DNA of 64,000 nucleotides from an uncultured delta proteobacterium (GCA_963765675.1 CAVXXK010000003.1:480001-544000), one strand, 5' to 3'. Shown: positions 19,022-29,205, numbered from the stretch's first letter. The notes: generated by a model not told the origin, from the letters alone. Made by a program: numbers and translations.

Positions 19022-20491
19022 ATGAGCGAGCGGCCGAATATCGTACTCGTCATGGCGGATCAGCATCGCGCCGACATGCTCGGATGCGCCGGCGATCCGG
19101 TGATCAAAACTCCGCATATCGACCAGCTCGCGCGCGAGGGCGTGCGCTTCGAGCGCGCGTACTGCCAGGGCCCGCTGTGCATGCCGGCGCGCGCGTCGGT
19201 GCTGACCGAGCGCTTCGTGCGCGACCATGGCGTGTTCGAAAATTCGTCGCAGGTCGCGGACGGCACGCCGACTTTTCTGAACAGCCTCCGCGACGCGGGC
19301 TATCACACCGTGGAGATCGGCAAGATGCATCTGTGGCCGCACGGCCAGCGCCAGGAGCGCTCCACCGCCGCGATGCGCGAGCTGATGAGCGCGTATGGCT
19401 TCGACGAACCGATCGAGACCGTCGGCAAGCTCGCGTCGCGCACCTATGACACTCCGTACACCGATTATCTGCGCGAGCGCGGACTGCTCGAAACCTATCG
19501 CGAGTTCATCGCGAGCACGCGGCTGTCGGGCAATCGTGCGGGCACGCCTGCGTGGCAGGCGGATCCGTGTCCGCTCGCACTCGAGGACTATCCCGACGCG
19601 TGGCACGGCCGGCGCGCGGCGGATTGGATCGACAGCTACGCGGGGCGCGCGCCGTTCTTCCTGTGGGTGGGATTTCCCGGACCGCACAATCCGTGGGATG
19701 CCCCGCGCGAGGCGGTCGATCAGTATCGCGACGCGGAAATTCCGATGCCGCGCTCGCTCGAACGCCCCGCGGTTCCGGCCGCCGGTCCGTTCAAGCTGTT
19801 CCTGAACGCGTTTCTCGCGCATAGCGATTCGGCGACGATGACCGAAGCGGCGATCGTCGCACTGCGACGTGCGTACTACGCGAATGTCTCCGTGATCGAC
19901 GCCGGACTGGGCGCGATCATCGCCGCGCTCGCGCGCAGAAAGATGCTCGACAACACCTGGGTCATCTATACGAGCGATCACGGCGAGATGATGGGCGAAC
20001 ATCGGATGCTGATGAAGATGGTCTTCTACGAGCCGTCGGTGCGGGTGCCGATGATCGTGCGGCCGCCGGGCGCGGCGCCTGCGCGCGTCGTGCGGGAGCG
20101 CGTGCAGTTGATGGATCTGTCGGCAACCGTGCGCGATATCGCGGGCGCAGGCGCGATCGAGGACAGCGGCGCGAACTCTCTGCTGCCAGCAATTCGCGAC
20201 GGCGCTTCGCCGGCGGCGATGAGAGCGCTCGTGAGCGAGAATTATGGTTTTGCGATGTTCCTTGCGGATCGCTACAAGCTGGTCGTGTTCGAAGACACGC
20301 TCGAAGCGGGACAGCTCTTCGACCAGATTGACGACCCGGCGGAGGATCACAATCTATGCGGCGACCCCGCGTATGCGAAGGTCGTTGACGCGATGCTCGA
20401 GGAGCATGTGCGGCCGTTTTTCAAGACCGCGCCGATCCGGCCGCATCCAGCGCTGGTCGCACGGCTTGCGGCGCGCCACGCCCGCGGCTGA
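19022..20491 (+). CDS. Sulfatase (Cys-type, choline-sulfatase-like)
   Basis: PNIVLVMADQHR, CMPAR (CxPxR), GKMH and TSDHGE motifs; no signal peptide. Confidence 0.92.
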   Translation: MSERPNIVLVMADQHRADMLGCAGDPVIKTPHIDQLAREGVRFERAYCQGPLCMPARASVLTERFVRDHGVFENSSQVADGTPTFLNSLRDAGYHTVEIGKMHLWPHGQRQERSTAAMRELMSAYGFDEPIETVGKLASRTYDTPYTDYLRERGLLETYREFIASTRLSGNRAGTPAWQADPCPLALEDYPDAWHGRRAADWIDSYAGRAPFFLWVGFPGPHNPWDAPREAVDQYRDAEIPMPRSLERPAVPAAGPFKLFLNAFLAHSDSATMTEAAIVALRRAYYANVSVIDAGLGAIIAALARRKMLDNTWVIYTSDHGEMMGEHRMLMKMVFYEPSVRVPMIVRPPGAAPARVVRERVQLMDLSATVRDIAGAGAIEDSGANSLLPAIRDGASPAAMRALVSENYGFAMFLADRYKLVVFEDTLEAGQLFDQIDDPAEDHNLCGDPAYAKVVDAMLEEHVRPFFKTAPIRPHPALVARLAARHARG

Positions 20492-20499
20492 TTGCGGGT

Positions 20500-21729
20500 T
20501 TAGAACTCTACTGGCAGACGCTCGAGGCCTCGCATCACCATCGTGCGGCGCCATCGGTAGTCCTGTCCCGCGAGTCTTAGCTTCGGCATCCGGCGCAGAA
20601 GAGTTTCGAACGTGACGCGGCCCTCGAGCTTCGCGAGCGGCTCGCCGATGCATCGATGAATCCCGCCGGCGAAGGCGAGGTGGTTGTTGTCGGGCCGGGC
20701 GATGTCGAAACGATCCGGATCGGGAAAACGCTCAGGGTCGCGATTTGCCGCGCCCATGATCACAACGATGTGCTCCCCGGGCGGGACGGTCCGGCCGCCA
20801 ACCTCGATCGGTTCCGTCGCGGTGCGGACCGTTACCTGCGACGGACTCTCGTAGCGCAGGATTTCATCAACAGCGGAATCGATTAAGGTCGGATCGCGCC
20901 GCAGGCGGTCCGCGCCATCAGGATTACGCAGGAGGGCCAGCGTGCCGTTGGCGAGCATGTTCATGGTGGTTTCGTGGCCGGCGACCAGGGTAAAGATCGC
21001 ATTGGAGACGAGTTCGTCTTCGCTTACGATTTCGCCGCGCTCCTCGCCGGCGTTGAGCAGGCTCAGCAGATCCTCGCCGGGATTTTTGCGGCGCTCGGCC
21101 GCGAGCTCGGCGAAATAGCGCTTGGCCGACGCAATCGCGTCGCGCACGCCGGCGCCGTGATCGTTGGCGCTCCCGGAGGGATCCATCGATTCGCCGAGCG
21201 ACCGCACCCACGCGCTCAGCAGCGGAAAGTCACGCTCGGGCACGCCCATCAAGTCGGCCAGCACCGCGACCGGAAGTGGAAACGCCAGGTCCGCGACCAC
21301 CTCCATGGTGCCGCGCTCGTGCACCGCGTCGAGCAGGCGGTCGGCGATTTTCTGCACCCGCGGGCGCATCGCCTCCAGGTTCGCGGGTGAAAAAGCTTTG
21401 CCCAGCACCCTGCGCAGGCGGGTGTGGTCCGGCGGAACTCGGAACTGAAGCGCAGGCCGCAAGAGCGTCTGCATCGAGCGCAAACCGTCGTCGTGCGGAA
21501 AATTATCGATCGTGCTCAGATCGAACGAGTAGACGCGGCGATCGCGCAGGACGTTGTACGCGTCGGCGTAGCGCGTGATCATCCAGAAGCCGATCGGGGT
21601 CCGCAAAACCGGAAACCGTTTGCGCAGAAAGCGATAGAGCGGGTACGGATTGCGCGAGAACACGCGCCCGTACCAGCGGTTGAAAAACCGGCTCGTCTTC
21701 GCAACAGTCGCAGGCGACGCCATCAGCAA
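20500..21729 (-). CDS. Cytochrome P450
   Basis: AGHETT I-helix, EILR (ExxR) and FAGGIHRCIG heme motif. Confidence 0.95.
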   Translation of the reverse strand: MLMASPATVAKTSRFFNRWYGRVFSRNPYPLYRFLRKRFPVLRTPIGFWMITRYADAYNVLRDRRVYSFDLSTIDNFPHDDGLRSMQTLLRPALQFRVPPDHTRLRRVLGKAFSPANLEAMRPRVQKIADRLLDAVHERGTMEVVADLAFPLPVAVLADLMGVPERDFPLLSAWVRSLGESMDPSGSANDHGAGVRDAIASAKRYFAELAAERRKNPGEDLLSLLNAGEERGEIVSEDELVSNAIFTLVAGHETTMNMLANGTLALLRNPDGADRLRRDPTLIDSAVDEILRYESPSQVTVRTATEPIEVGGRTVPPGEHIVVIMGAANRDPERFPDPDRFDIARPDNNHLAFAGGIHRCIGEPLAKLEGRVTFETLLRRMPKLRLAGQDYRWRRTMVMRGLERLPVEF

Positions 21730-21946
21730 TACTCCGGGACCGGCAATCCAGCGCCTATCGCGAGCCGATATCCAGCAGATTTTCTAGGCATTGATTTCTA
21801 TGGCTCAATTTGATGAATAGGGTCAACCGCCGCAACCGAACAACCGCCGGAGGAAAAACATCAATATAGAGACCGAGGCGCAGGCTGCCGAGCCGCAAAC
21901 CATCAACACCCGCGGCAACCGCGCACTGACGCGGTTTTGGGCGCTC

Positions 21947-23257
21947 ATGACACGGTGGCGGCCCCATCTGATCCCGGTGCTGGCCGCGGGCCTCGCTTTG
22001 CTCTTTATCTGGGGAATCACGCAGGTCGAGTACGATCACCACCGCGGGTTCCAAATCGTCGCGCGCGAGGCGATCTCGGGTGATGGCCCGCACTACCTTA
22101 TCATCGTCAACTCCATCTTGTTCGATCACAGTCTTGAGGTGCAACACGCGTACGCCCGGGCCGCGGAAGGCGGCTTCGACGCAGGAAAGCGGTTTCGCCA
22201 CGGGTTGCCGGATCATCATACGATCGTCGTCAATCGGCGCACGGGGCATCATGCCCCCTGGGGTTTCCCGGTCGCAGGATGGGCGGCGATTCGCAACCCG
22301 AACAACGAGTTTCGCCCAAGTCCGGACGTGTACGAGGTTCCCGCTCATCCGGTCGCATTTCCAGCTTTGCTTGCGCTCGCGATTGCGCCGTTTCATCCGG
22401 CACCCGCGCAGGTCGAGCCGGAAGTTGGACTGGTGCTGGCGCTTATCGGTTGGATCGGTATAGTCGCGACCTATCTGATGGCGCGGCGCGGAGGTTTTCG
22501 CCGCACCCCCGCGCTCGTGGCGGCGGGAGTGTTGCTCCTGGCGAGTCCATGGCTGCCATACTGCAAGGATTATTTCGCCGAGACGACGATCGGTGTGTGT
22601 CTGGCGCTGGCGCTCCTTGCTTGGAACGATGACAGACCGATTATAGCCGCGCTGCTCGCGGCGGCTGCGGCGATCATTAAGCCGTCATTTGCCGTGGTCG
22701 GCGCGGGATTCCTGATCGAAACGATCCGCGAGCGGCGCTGGCGCGATACGATCGCGATGGCGGTCACGCTTGCTGTCAGCGCGGCCGCGCTGATGGGGTT
22801 CAACTACTGGCTGGCCGGAACCCCGGTGATCGCGGGGGTAGGTGAATGGCAAATCGCGCACTATCTGGATTCCTTTGAAGTAACCATGTTCCATCCCGAA
22901 CATGGATTGGTGATTTTCGCACCGTGGACGATCCTTGCGGCGTTCGCGATCGCGCATGCCTACGATCGATTCGAGATGGATTCCGCGATGCTGCGGCGGA
23001 TGGCGTGGCCGCTTATACTGTATTTAGTCCTGATGGCGATGACGCGTTTCGGTCCGGGATATTGCTACGGCCCGCGCTATTGGGTTCCGTTTCTGCCGTG
23101 GCTCGCGGTCGCGGCGGTGCAGATGCTGCGAACCGCGCGCCGCCGAACAATGGTTGCCGGCATCGTACTGATTGCACTTGGTATGGCGATCGCAATTCCG
23201 GGAACATTGCAATTGCCGCAGATGTATTCGAAATCGATATCAGACGCGTGGCCTTGA
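21947..23257 (+). CDS. Polytopic membrane protein, probable GT-C-fold glycosyltransferase
   Basis: GDGPHY after TM1, many TM helices, YGPRYW motif; upstream of a GT2 gene. Confidence 0.6.
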   Translation: MTRWRPHLIPVLAAGLALLFIWGITQVEYDHHRGFQIVAREAISGDGPHYLIIVNSILFDHSLEVQHAYARAAEGGFDAGKRFRHGLPDHHTIVVNRRTGHHAPWGFPVAGWAAIRNPNNEFRPSPDVYEVPAHPVAFPALLALAIAPFHPAPAQVEPEVGLVLALIGWIGIVATYLMARRGGFRRTPALVAAGVLLLASPWLPYCKDYFAETTIGVCLALALLAWNDDRPIIAALLAAAAAIIKPSFAVVGAGFLIETIRERRWRDTIAMAVTLAVSAAALMGFNYWLAGTPVIAGVGEWQIAHYLDSFEVTMFHPEHGLVIFAPWTILAAFAIAHAYDRFEMDSAMLRRMAWPLILYLVLMAMTRFGPGYCYGPRYWVPFLPWLAVAAVQMLRTARRRTMVAGIVLIALGMAIAIPGTLQLPQMYSKSISDAWP

Positions 23258-23401
23258 GCCGGAAGTGCGAGACTCGCGACGCGCGATGAATGCTCCTGCG
23301 CTGAGTCTCGTAGCCGTCAGCTTGTCGGGCGGGGCGCGAAACCGTTAAATGTCCTCACGCATGATTCAAGTCAATGAAACGCTCTCCGATCAGGATATCC
23401 A

Positions 23402-24586
23402 ATGGTTGATGACCCAGAGCCGGCCCAAGCCCAGGTCGAGTTAAGCGTGGTTATCCCCTGTCTGAACGAGGCCGATACCCTCAACGAATGCATCGAAAAG
23501 GCGCAACATGCGATGCGCGCGGCGGGTATCGAGGGCGAGGTCATAGTCGCCGACAACGGAAGCACCGATGGCTCGATCGAAATCGCGCAAAAGAGTGGCG
23601 CCCGGCTCGTGCGAGTCGCGGAACGCGGCTACGGCAGCGCGCTGATGGGCGGTATCAGCGCCGCACGGGGCAAGTTCATCGTCATGGGCGATGCCGACGC
23701 GAGTTACGATTTTGAGCAAATACCGCGCTTCGTGGAAAAACTGCGCGAAGGCCCCGATCTCGTGCAAGGATGCCGATTGCCTTCGGGCGGCGGCACGGTC
23801 CTGCCCCATGCGATGCCATTGTTGCATCGTTGGTGGGGAAACCCGCTCTTTTCGTTGATGGCGCGGCGATGGTTTCAGGCGCCGGTCCACGACGTGTACT
23901 GCGGCATGCGCGGCTTTCGTAAAGATGCGTACGATCGGCTGGATCAGCAATGCACCGGGATGGAATTTGCAACCGAAATGATCATCAAAGCCAGCCTGTT
24001 CGGACTGCGGATCGCTGAAGTGCCTATTACCTTGCATCCGGATGGTCGAAAGCAACACGCGCCGCATCTCAAGACCTTTCGTGACGGTTGGCGCACGCTG
24101 CGCTTTTTTTTGATCTACAGTCCGCGATGGCTATTTCTGATTCCAGGCGCCGCTTTGATCCTGCTTGGAATACTCGGCTACTGCCTGGCGCTGCCCGGAG
24201 TCGAAATCGGACGGATCAGGCTCGACGTGCATACATTGTTGTTCGCGAGCGTGGCGATCCTGTGTGGCTATCAAGCGATCCTGTTTGCGATCTTCACCAA
24301 GACGTTTGCGATAGGCGAGGGTCTGATACCGGAGGATCCGCGCCTTAGCCGCTTCTTTGATTTCGTAAATCTTGAGCGCGGCCTGGCGGTCGCGATCGCT
24401 GCCACGCTGATCGGTCTCGCGCTGATGGCGGAAGCTCTGAATCAGTGGCGCGTGGCCGACTTCGGCCGTTTGAACTATTCGATCACCATGCGCTGGGTTA
24501 TTCCCGGAGCAACGCTGACCGCGCTCGGGTTTCAAACTGTATTGTCGAGCTTCTTTGTAAGCATTCTCGGATTGCGACGGCGATGA
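23402..24586 (+). CDS. GT2 polyprenol-phosphate glycosyltransferase (DPM1-like) with C-terminal TM helices
   Basis: VIPCLNE, DNGSTDGS, GYGSAL, DADASY, GMEFATEM and FRDGWR motifs. Confidence 0.9.
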   Translation: MVDDPEPAQAQVELSVVIPCLNEADTLNECIEKAQHAMRAAGIEGEVIVADNGSTDGSIEIAQKSGARLVRVAERGYGSALMGGISAARGKFIVMGDADASYDFEQIPRFVEKLREGPDLVQGCRLPSGGGTVLPHAMPLLHRWWGNPLFSLMARRWFQAPVHDVYCGMRGFRKDAYDRLDQQCTGMEFATEMIIKASLFGLRIAEVPITLHPDGRKQHAPHLKTFRDGWRTLRFFLIYSPRWLFLIPGAALILLGILGYCLALPGVEIGRIRLDVHTLLFASVAILCGYQAILFAIFTKTFAIGEGLIPEDPRLSRFFDFVNLERGLAVAIAATLIGLALMAEALNQWRVADFGRLNYSITMRWVIPGATLTALGFQTVLSSFFVSILGLRRR

Positions 24587-25188
24587 GACGGATCGAGCGC
24601 TTCCATTCCGACTATGTTCACACACGGCGAGTCCGGGTGCTGCGCGATAATCTAGTGGAAATTATCCCGGCGGATGCCCGGATACTGGACGTAGGCTCGG
24701 GCGATGGATTACTTGCTTCGCTCATCGCGCAACGAAGGCCGGACATTGAGGTGCGCGGAATCGAGACGATCGTGCGGGAACATACACACATCCCGGTTGA
24801 ACAATTTGATGGCAGAACGATCCCATGCGAGGACCGGGCTGTGGATACAGTGATGTTAGTGGACGTGTTGCATCACGCCAATGACCCGATGGAATTACTG
24901 CGCGAAGCCAGGCGCGTCACGCGCCGGGCAGTGATCATAAAAGATCATACGTTGGAGGGATTTTGCGCCGGAGTAACCCTCCGATTCATGGACCGAATAG
25001 GCAACGAGAAACACGGCGTCTCACTTCCATATAACTATTGGACCAAGGCGCAATGGCTCGAATCGTTTAAATTTCTGGAGATGAAGATTGGTGTCTGGAA
25101 GTCCGGGCTTGGTCTTTATCCATTGCCCGCCAAATGGATATTCGAACGCTCTTTGCACTTTATCGCCAGGCTCGACGTGGCCGGCTGA
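24583..25188 (+). CDS. Class I SAM-dependent methyltransferase
   Basis: ILDVGSGDG and DVLHH motifs; ATGA overlap with the GT2 gene. Confidence 0.9.
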   Translation: MRRIERFHSDYVHTRRVRVLRDNLVEIIPADARILDVGSGDGLLASLIAQRRPDIEVRGIETIVREHTHIPVEQFDGRTIPCEDRAVDTVMLVDVLHHANDPMELLREARRVTRRAVIIKDHTLEGFCAGVTLRFMDRIGNEKHGVSLPYNYWTKAQWLESFKFLEMKIGVWKSGLGLYPLPAKWIFERSLHFIARLDVAG

Positions 25189-25262
25189 ATTCGCGATCTG
25201 CGCCGGTTTGGGGATTCGTAATTCCAAGCGCGACTTTAGCCGCGTCTACTTAGCTCCCGCAA

Positions 25263-26084
25263 CTATCCTTTCTTTGCGAATGGGCGGTCGCGCTCGGTCA
25301 GCGCGGACTTGAGGCCCTTCTCGCGCGAGGCTTTCATCCACGCCTTCACGGTGTCGGTCTGATGCGCGATCACGTCGATATCGGCGGAGGATTGTTCGGC
25401 GGCGCGAATCCCAAGGATGTCGAGATAGCGATTGACGGCGGCCTTGTGCAGCATCAGCAGCTCGGCCGGAACCATCGCGACCCGCCGCGCGTAGGCAAGA
25501 GTCTCCTCCTCGAGCTTGTCTTTCGGGAAGATGCGATTGACCAGATGCCACTCGAGCGCTTCTTTGGCGCCCATGTAATCGCCGGTGAACAGATATTCCT
25601 TGGTCTTGCGCGGACCCATCAGCACCGGCCACATCGAGAGCGTCGGCAGGATTCCGAGCGAGCGGCCCGCGGGATGGCCGAACTGCGCGTCCTCGCTCGC
25701 GAAGACGATATCGCAGTGGCCGATAAACTCAGTGCCACCGGCGAGGCAGTAGCCGTGCACCTGCGCGATGGTTGGTTTGGAAATCGCCCACAGGCGTTGC
25801 CATCGCTCGATGGTTTTGTGCAGTCCGAGGCGATCATTGGTGACGGTGAAGGTCGAGCCCGGATGCTGCGTGCCCTGCAGATCGTATCCGGCAGAGAACG
25901 CGCGGCCCGCGCCGCGGATGATCAGCACGCTCGCTTCGGGATTGGCCTCGTACTCGTCCATCACGAGTTCGAGTTCCTTGAGCAGCTTCTGCGAGAGCGC
26001 GTTGAGCTTCTCGGGGCGGTTGAGCGTGAGCCGCCAGATTTTGCCTTCGACGTTTTCGTAGATAACGGTTTCGTATGATGCCAT
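25263..26084 (-). CDS. Enoyl-CoA hydratase/isomerase family protein
   Basis: LNRPEKLNAL, FSAGYDL and VHGYCLAGG motifs. Confidence 0.92.
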   Translation of the reverse strand: MASYETVIYENVEGKIWRLTLNRPEKLNALSQKLLKELELVMDEYEANPEASVLIIRGAGRAFSAGYDLQGTQHPGSTFTVTNDRLGLHKTIERWQRLWAISKPTIAQVHGYCLAGGTEFIGHCDIVFASEDAQFGHPAGRSLGILPTLSMWPVLMGPRKTKEYLFTGDYMGAKEALEWHLVNRIFPKDKLEEETLAYARRVAMVPAELLMLHKAAVNRYLDILGIRAAEQSSADIDVIAHQTDTVKAWMKASREKGLKSALTERDRPFAKKG

Positions 26085-26110
26085 CGCGGATGCCCTCGTA
26101 GAGATTTCTG

Positions 26111-26936
26111 CTACTTCACCGCGGCCAGAAAGTCGCCGGGAAATTTTGCGGAGTTCTCCGCCTGTTCCCAAAAGAACATATGACCGGCGGCGGAAAGAAT
26201 CTTGAGCTTCGATCCGGCGATACCTTTGTGCAGAATCTCGGCGTTAGCGACCGGCACGATATTATCGTCGTCGCCGTGGATGACCATCGTCGGCGCCTTG
26301 ATCTGCGCCAGCCGCGCGAAGCTGTCGAAGCCGCCGATCGCCTCGCCCTGACGCATGTAGGTGCGCGTCGGCGTGATCGGATAATCCGCCGACTCAGCCA
26401 TCCGCTCGGCGAGAGTCTTCTGTCCTGCCGCCGAATTCAGAAATGCGCTCCCGCACGCGACCGAGAACGCGAGTTTCGCGGCCTCGAGCGGATCCATTCC
26501 GGGCTGCGGCATCAGCTTCGCGATATTTTCCGGTTTTGCCTGCGGCGAATGCGCCGCACCGCAATTGGTGCATCCGAGGACCAGGCCTTTGACGCGCGCC
26601 GGATACGCGAGGGCATATTCCTGCGCGATCATCCCTCCCATCGAGATTCCGTAGATATGCGAGGTCGGCAGTGCCCGCGTGATCGAGCACGCATGCGACA
26701 TCGTCGGCCATGTCAGAAAGCTTCCACGGGCGGTCGGGCTTGTCGCTTTCGCCGGTGCCGCGATTATCGATCATGAAGATGCGGAAGCGCTCGGCCAGAA
26801 GCTTCAGGAAGGGCTCGCCCCACGAGCGGCCGGAGCCGCTGAAGCCCATGATCAGCGCGAGCGGCGCGCCCGAGCCGCGAATCTCGTAGCGAATTTTGAG
26901 GCCGTCTTTCGATTGTGCGAAGTCGCGTGTAGGCAC
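26111..26936 (-). CDS. Alpha/beta hydrolase, +1 frameshift at about 26672
   Basis: DNRGTGES in one frame; GISMGG, HGDDD and AGH in the next. AAGGAG RBS before GTG 26936. Confidence 0.85.
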
Positions 26937-27245
26937 TTGGGTGAACTCCTTAAACGATCGGTATTGAAGCGGCGAGCCGAGGCGCGATAGTAGCGCCGTC
27001 GGTATCGAGGCGTAAAGCGCGGAGATTCGTGAGCATCGGCGGATGGCGAACATCCGGCGATCGGTGGGTTCGTTTCGGTGATTTTGGTGATCCCGGATCA
27101 AGATTAGTCAGGAAGATCAAGGTTTTCTTCTCAGAGAATGACAGTTCGTTTTCTTCTTTCGCTATTATTTTGCTTCCGGCTGAAATCCATAGGTTTTTCT
27201 CCGAGTGACTCACGATCGCGATGATCGCATAGAAGGCGGAGTTAA

Positions 27246-27294
27246 ATAAGGCTGAACTGTTCAGCCTTATAATTTGTCCACAAATAGTTTACAA
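27246..27294 (-). promoter_or_regulatory. Perfect 12-bp inverted repeat overlapping a candidate promoter
   Basis: ATAAGGCTGAAC-T-GTTCAGCCTTAT at 27246-27270. Minus strand reads TTGTAA-17bp-TATAAG; plus strand has TATAAT at 27268. Confidence 0.55.
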
Positions 27295-27312
27295 TGCTGT
27301 GTCCAGTTTTAT

Positions 27313-27566
27313 CCCTCGCCCTGGAAGGGAGAGGTTAGGTGAGGGTCCGAATTCAGCGCGGCGCGCAAGCGACGCGCGATTATAAAAAATCTGCCTGGCA
27401 GAATTTTAGGCGCGCGGCAAACGATGCCGCGCGCAGATCGGTCCCTCACCTAACCTCTCCCTTTCAGGGCGAGGGATCAGAAAAGGCACCCTCACCCACG
27501 CGTCACGATGCTTGCGAAAAAAAACGCAAGCATCGCGCCGCGTCGCCCTCTCCCGGAGGGAGAGGG
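27313..27566. repeat. Composite palindromic intergenic repeat, copy D (three modules)
   Basis: An inverted pair of CCCTCRCC..CTCTCCC/GGGCGAGGG modules followed by a CCCTCACCC-hairpin-CCCTCTCCC..GGGAGAGGG module. Confidence 0.85.
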
Positions 27567-27586
27567 TATGGGCGGAAACGCAAGAA

Positions 27587-27604
27587 CACAGGCTGAAGCC
27601 TGTG
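27587..27604. repeat. Short REP-like palindrome
   Basis: CACAGGCT-GA-AGCCTGTG, immediately after copy D. Confidence 0.5.
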
Positions 27605-27815
27605 CCACTTAGCAGGGAGGCGAAAATAGAGAGTAGCCGACAGGTGGAATCGTCGGGAAGAGGAAATCAGAATATCAAACGTTTGGGATTGCCTGGCTGA
27701 CGCGCGCGACAACCCGAGCGTTAGCTACGATCAATCTAAGTGGAAAAATTGCCGGCTTCCAGCGGTTGTGTTACAGCGATCTAGTACGATTTGTCACGCT
27801 AGAGGGGGGTGATAA

Positions 27816-28652
27816 ATGTCTGTCTATGGATGGCTGATTGACGCTGCGGGCAGGCAGTTTCCTCTTGACCAAAGTCAGTCGCTGCGAATAGGCCGTGACT
27901 CGACCAACAGCGTAGTCTTAAACGACGCTTCCGTGTCTCGTTCTCACGCAGAAATCTTCGTTCAAGGGGGCATCGCGCGAATCAGAGATTTCGGCAGCTC
28001 GAATGGCACCTTCGTGAACGGAATGAGGGTGACAGAATCTGCGCTTTATGACGGACAGAGTGTTCGGATTGGTTCGGTCGGGTTCACCTACCGAGGTGCG
28101 ACAAACGCTCACGACCAAACGATCCTAATCGGCGATGCAGATACCGTGCAGTCACCGCTTTCCCCTACGACAGTACAACCATTATCAGGAATCTTTTGTC
28201 AAAACTGTGGGGCATCGAACAGAACTGGGGCGGCATTCTGCACGAAATGCGGCACCGCTCTCAGAGCTATCCGTCACGCTGAGGTCCGGACCGCTTTCCC
28301 AGAACCGCAGGTGCAGTACATAGCAACTTCAAGTGCCAATGCTGGACTTGCAGCGGTTCTATCGTTCTTCTGGTGCGGTCTGGGTCACATCTACGCCGGA
28401 CGAATTGCCAAAGGTATATTGTTGATGTTCCTGTATCCGTGTTTTCTGGCGTTTGGATATTTGCTTCTCATCGGCGGAATCCTCGCTGCTGGAAGTAGCG
28501 CCTCCGCTGGCGCGGGCGTCTTCTCGCTTTTCGGTCTTGTCTTTCTCGTTCTTGCAGGGGTTGTGTGGGTCTATGGCATGGTCAATTCATATCACCTCGC
28601 CAAAGGCGCGGCTGTCGCAACCATTTCTCGGGTTAATGTAAGGCCAGTCTAG
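27816..28652 (+). CDS. FHA domain + zinc ribbon + TM2-like membrane domain protein
   Basis: IGRD..SVSRSHA..DFGSSNGT (FHA), CQNC..CTKC, then AAVLSFFWCGLGHIYAG and TM helices. Visibly more A/T-ending codons than neighbouring genes. Confidence 0.88.
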   Translation: MSVYGWLIDAAGRQFPLDQSQSLRIGRDSTNSVVLNDASVSRSHAEIFVQGGIARIRDFGSSNGTFVNGMRVTESALYDGQSVRIGSVGFTYRGATNAHDQTILIGDADTVQSPLSPTTVQPLSGIFCQNCGASNRTGAAFCTKCGTALRAIRHAEVRTAFPEPQVQYIATSSANAGLAAVLSFFWCGLGHIYAGRIAKGILLMFLYPCFLAFGYLLLIGGILAAGSSASAGAGVFSLFGLVFLVLAGVVWVYGMVNSYHLAKGAAVATISRVNVRPV

Positions 28653-28702
28653 TCTATGAACGTCGCGCGGGAGCAGTGCGCAATAAAAAGAGCGGAGTAG
28701 CA

Positions 28703-28820
28703 CCCTCACCCACGCGTCACGATGCTTGCGAAAAACATCGCAAGCATCGCGCCGCGTTACCCTCTCCCGGAGGGAGAGGGTATTTCAGACGCGCCGCGTC
28801 GCCCGCTCCCGGGGGAGAGG
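28703..28820. repeat. Composite palindromic intergenic repeat, copy E
   Basis: CCCTCACCCACGCGTCACGATGCTTGCG..CGCAAGCATCGCGCCGCGT..CCCTCTCCCGGAGGGAGAGGG, near-identical to the end of copy D, plus a partial tandem duplicate. Confidence 0.85.
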
Positions 28821-28926
28821 GAATTAGCAGGAAGTCGAGTTGAGGAGGGAGGAAATCATTCGGCGCGCGAGCCGGGGGGGGGCTCGGCGCGCCGAATTTC
28901 TGGGGTAAGGGGATCAGGTCGAGGAG

Positions 28927-29205
28927 TTAGTTGAGGCGCCAGATGGTGCGGGCGGCTTCGGCTGAACGCTCTACGAATTTGCGGCCGAGCTCGTGCTGCG
29001 CCGCGAAGACTGGGGCGAGCGGAGTCTCTTTGGCCCAGCTCGTCGCGCGTGCCTGCATGTCGAGCGCGTCGTTGGCGATCTTCTCGCTGGTCTCGATGTA
29101 CCAGGCGGCGAACTTCTTGGCGCCTTCGAGACTGAAATACTCGCGGCCGGCCTTTGCGATACTCTCGAAGCTCATCGTGCTTGCTTTCTCTTCTGCCACT
29201 GTCAT
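28927..29205 (-). CDS. Small helical phasin-like protein
   Basis: 92 aa amphipathic-helix pattern (IETSEKIANDALDMQ..W..TPLAPVF), GGAGG RBS, located directly downstream of phaC. Confidence 0.6.
   Translation of the reverse strand: MTVAEEKASTMSFESIAKAGREYFSLEGAKKFAAWYIETSEKIANDALDMQARATSWAKETPLAPVFAAQHELGRKFVERSAEAARTIWRLN

Noticed and set aside
18470-20350. Long antisense ORFs (also 37155-38678, 32908-34359, 15743-17044)
   Set aside because: These are shadow ORFs opposite well-supported genes, typical of high-GC DNA, with no recognisable motifs.
26950-27213. 87-aa ORF in the AT-rich intergenic region
   Set aside because: No RBS, atypical codons and no recognisable domain.
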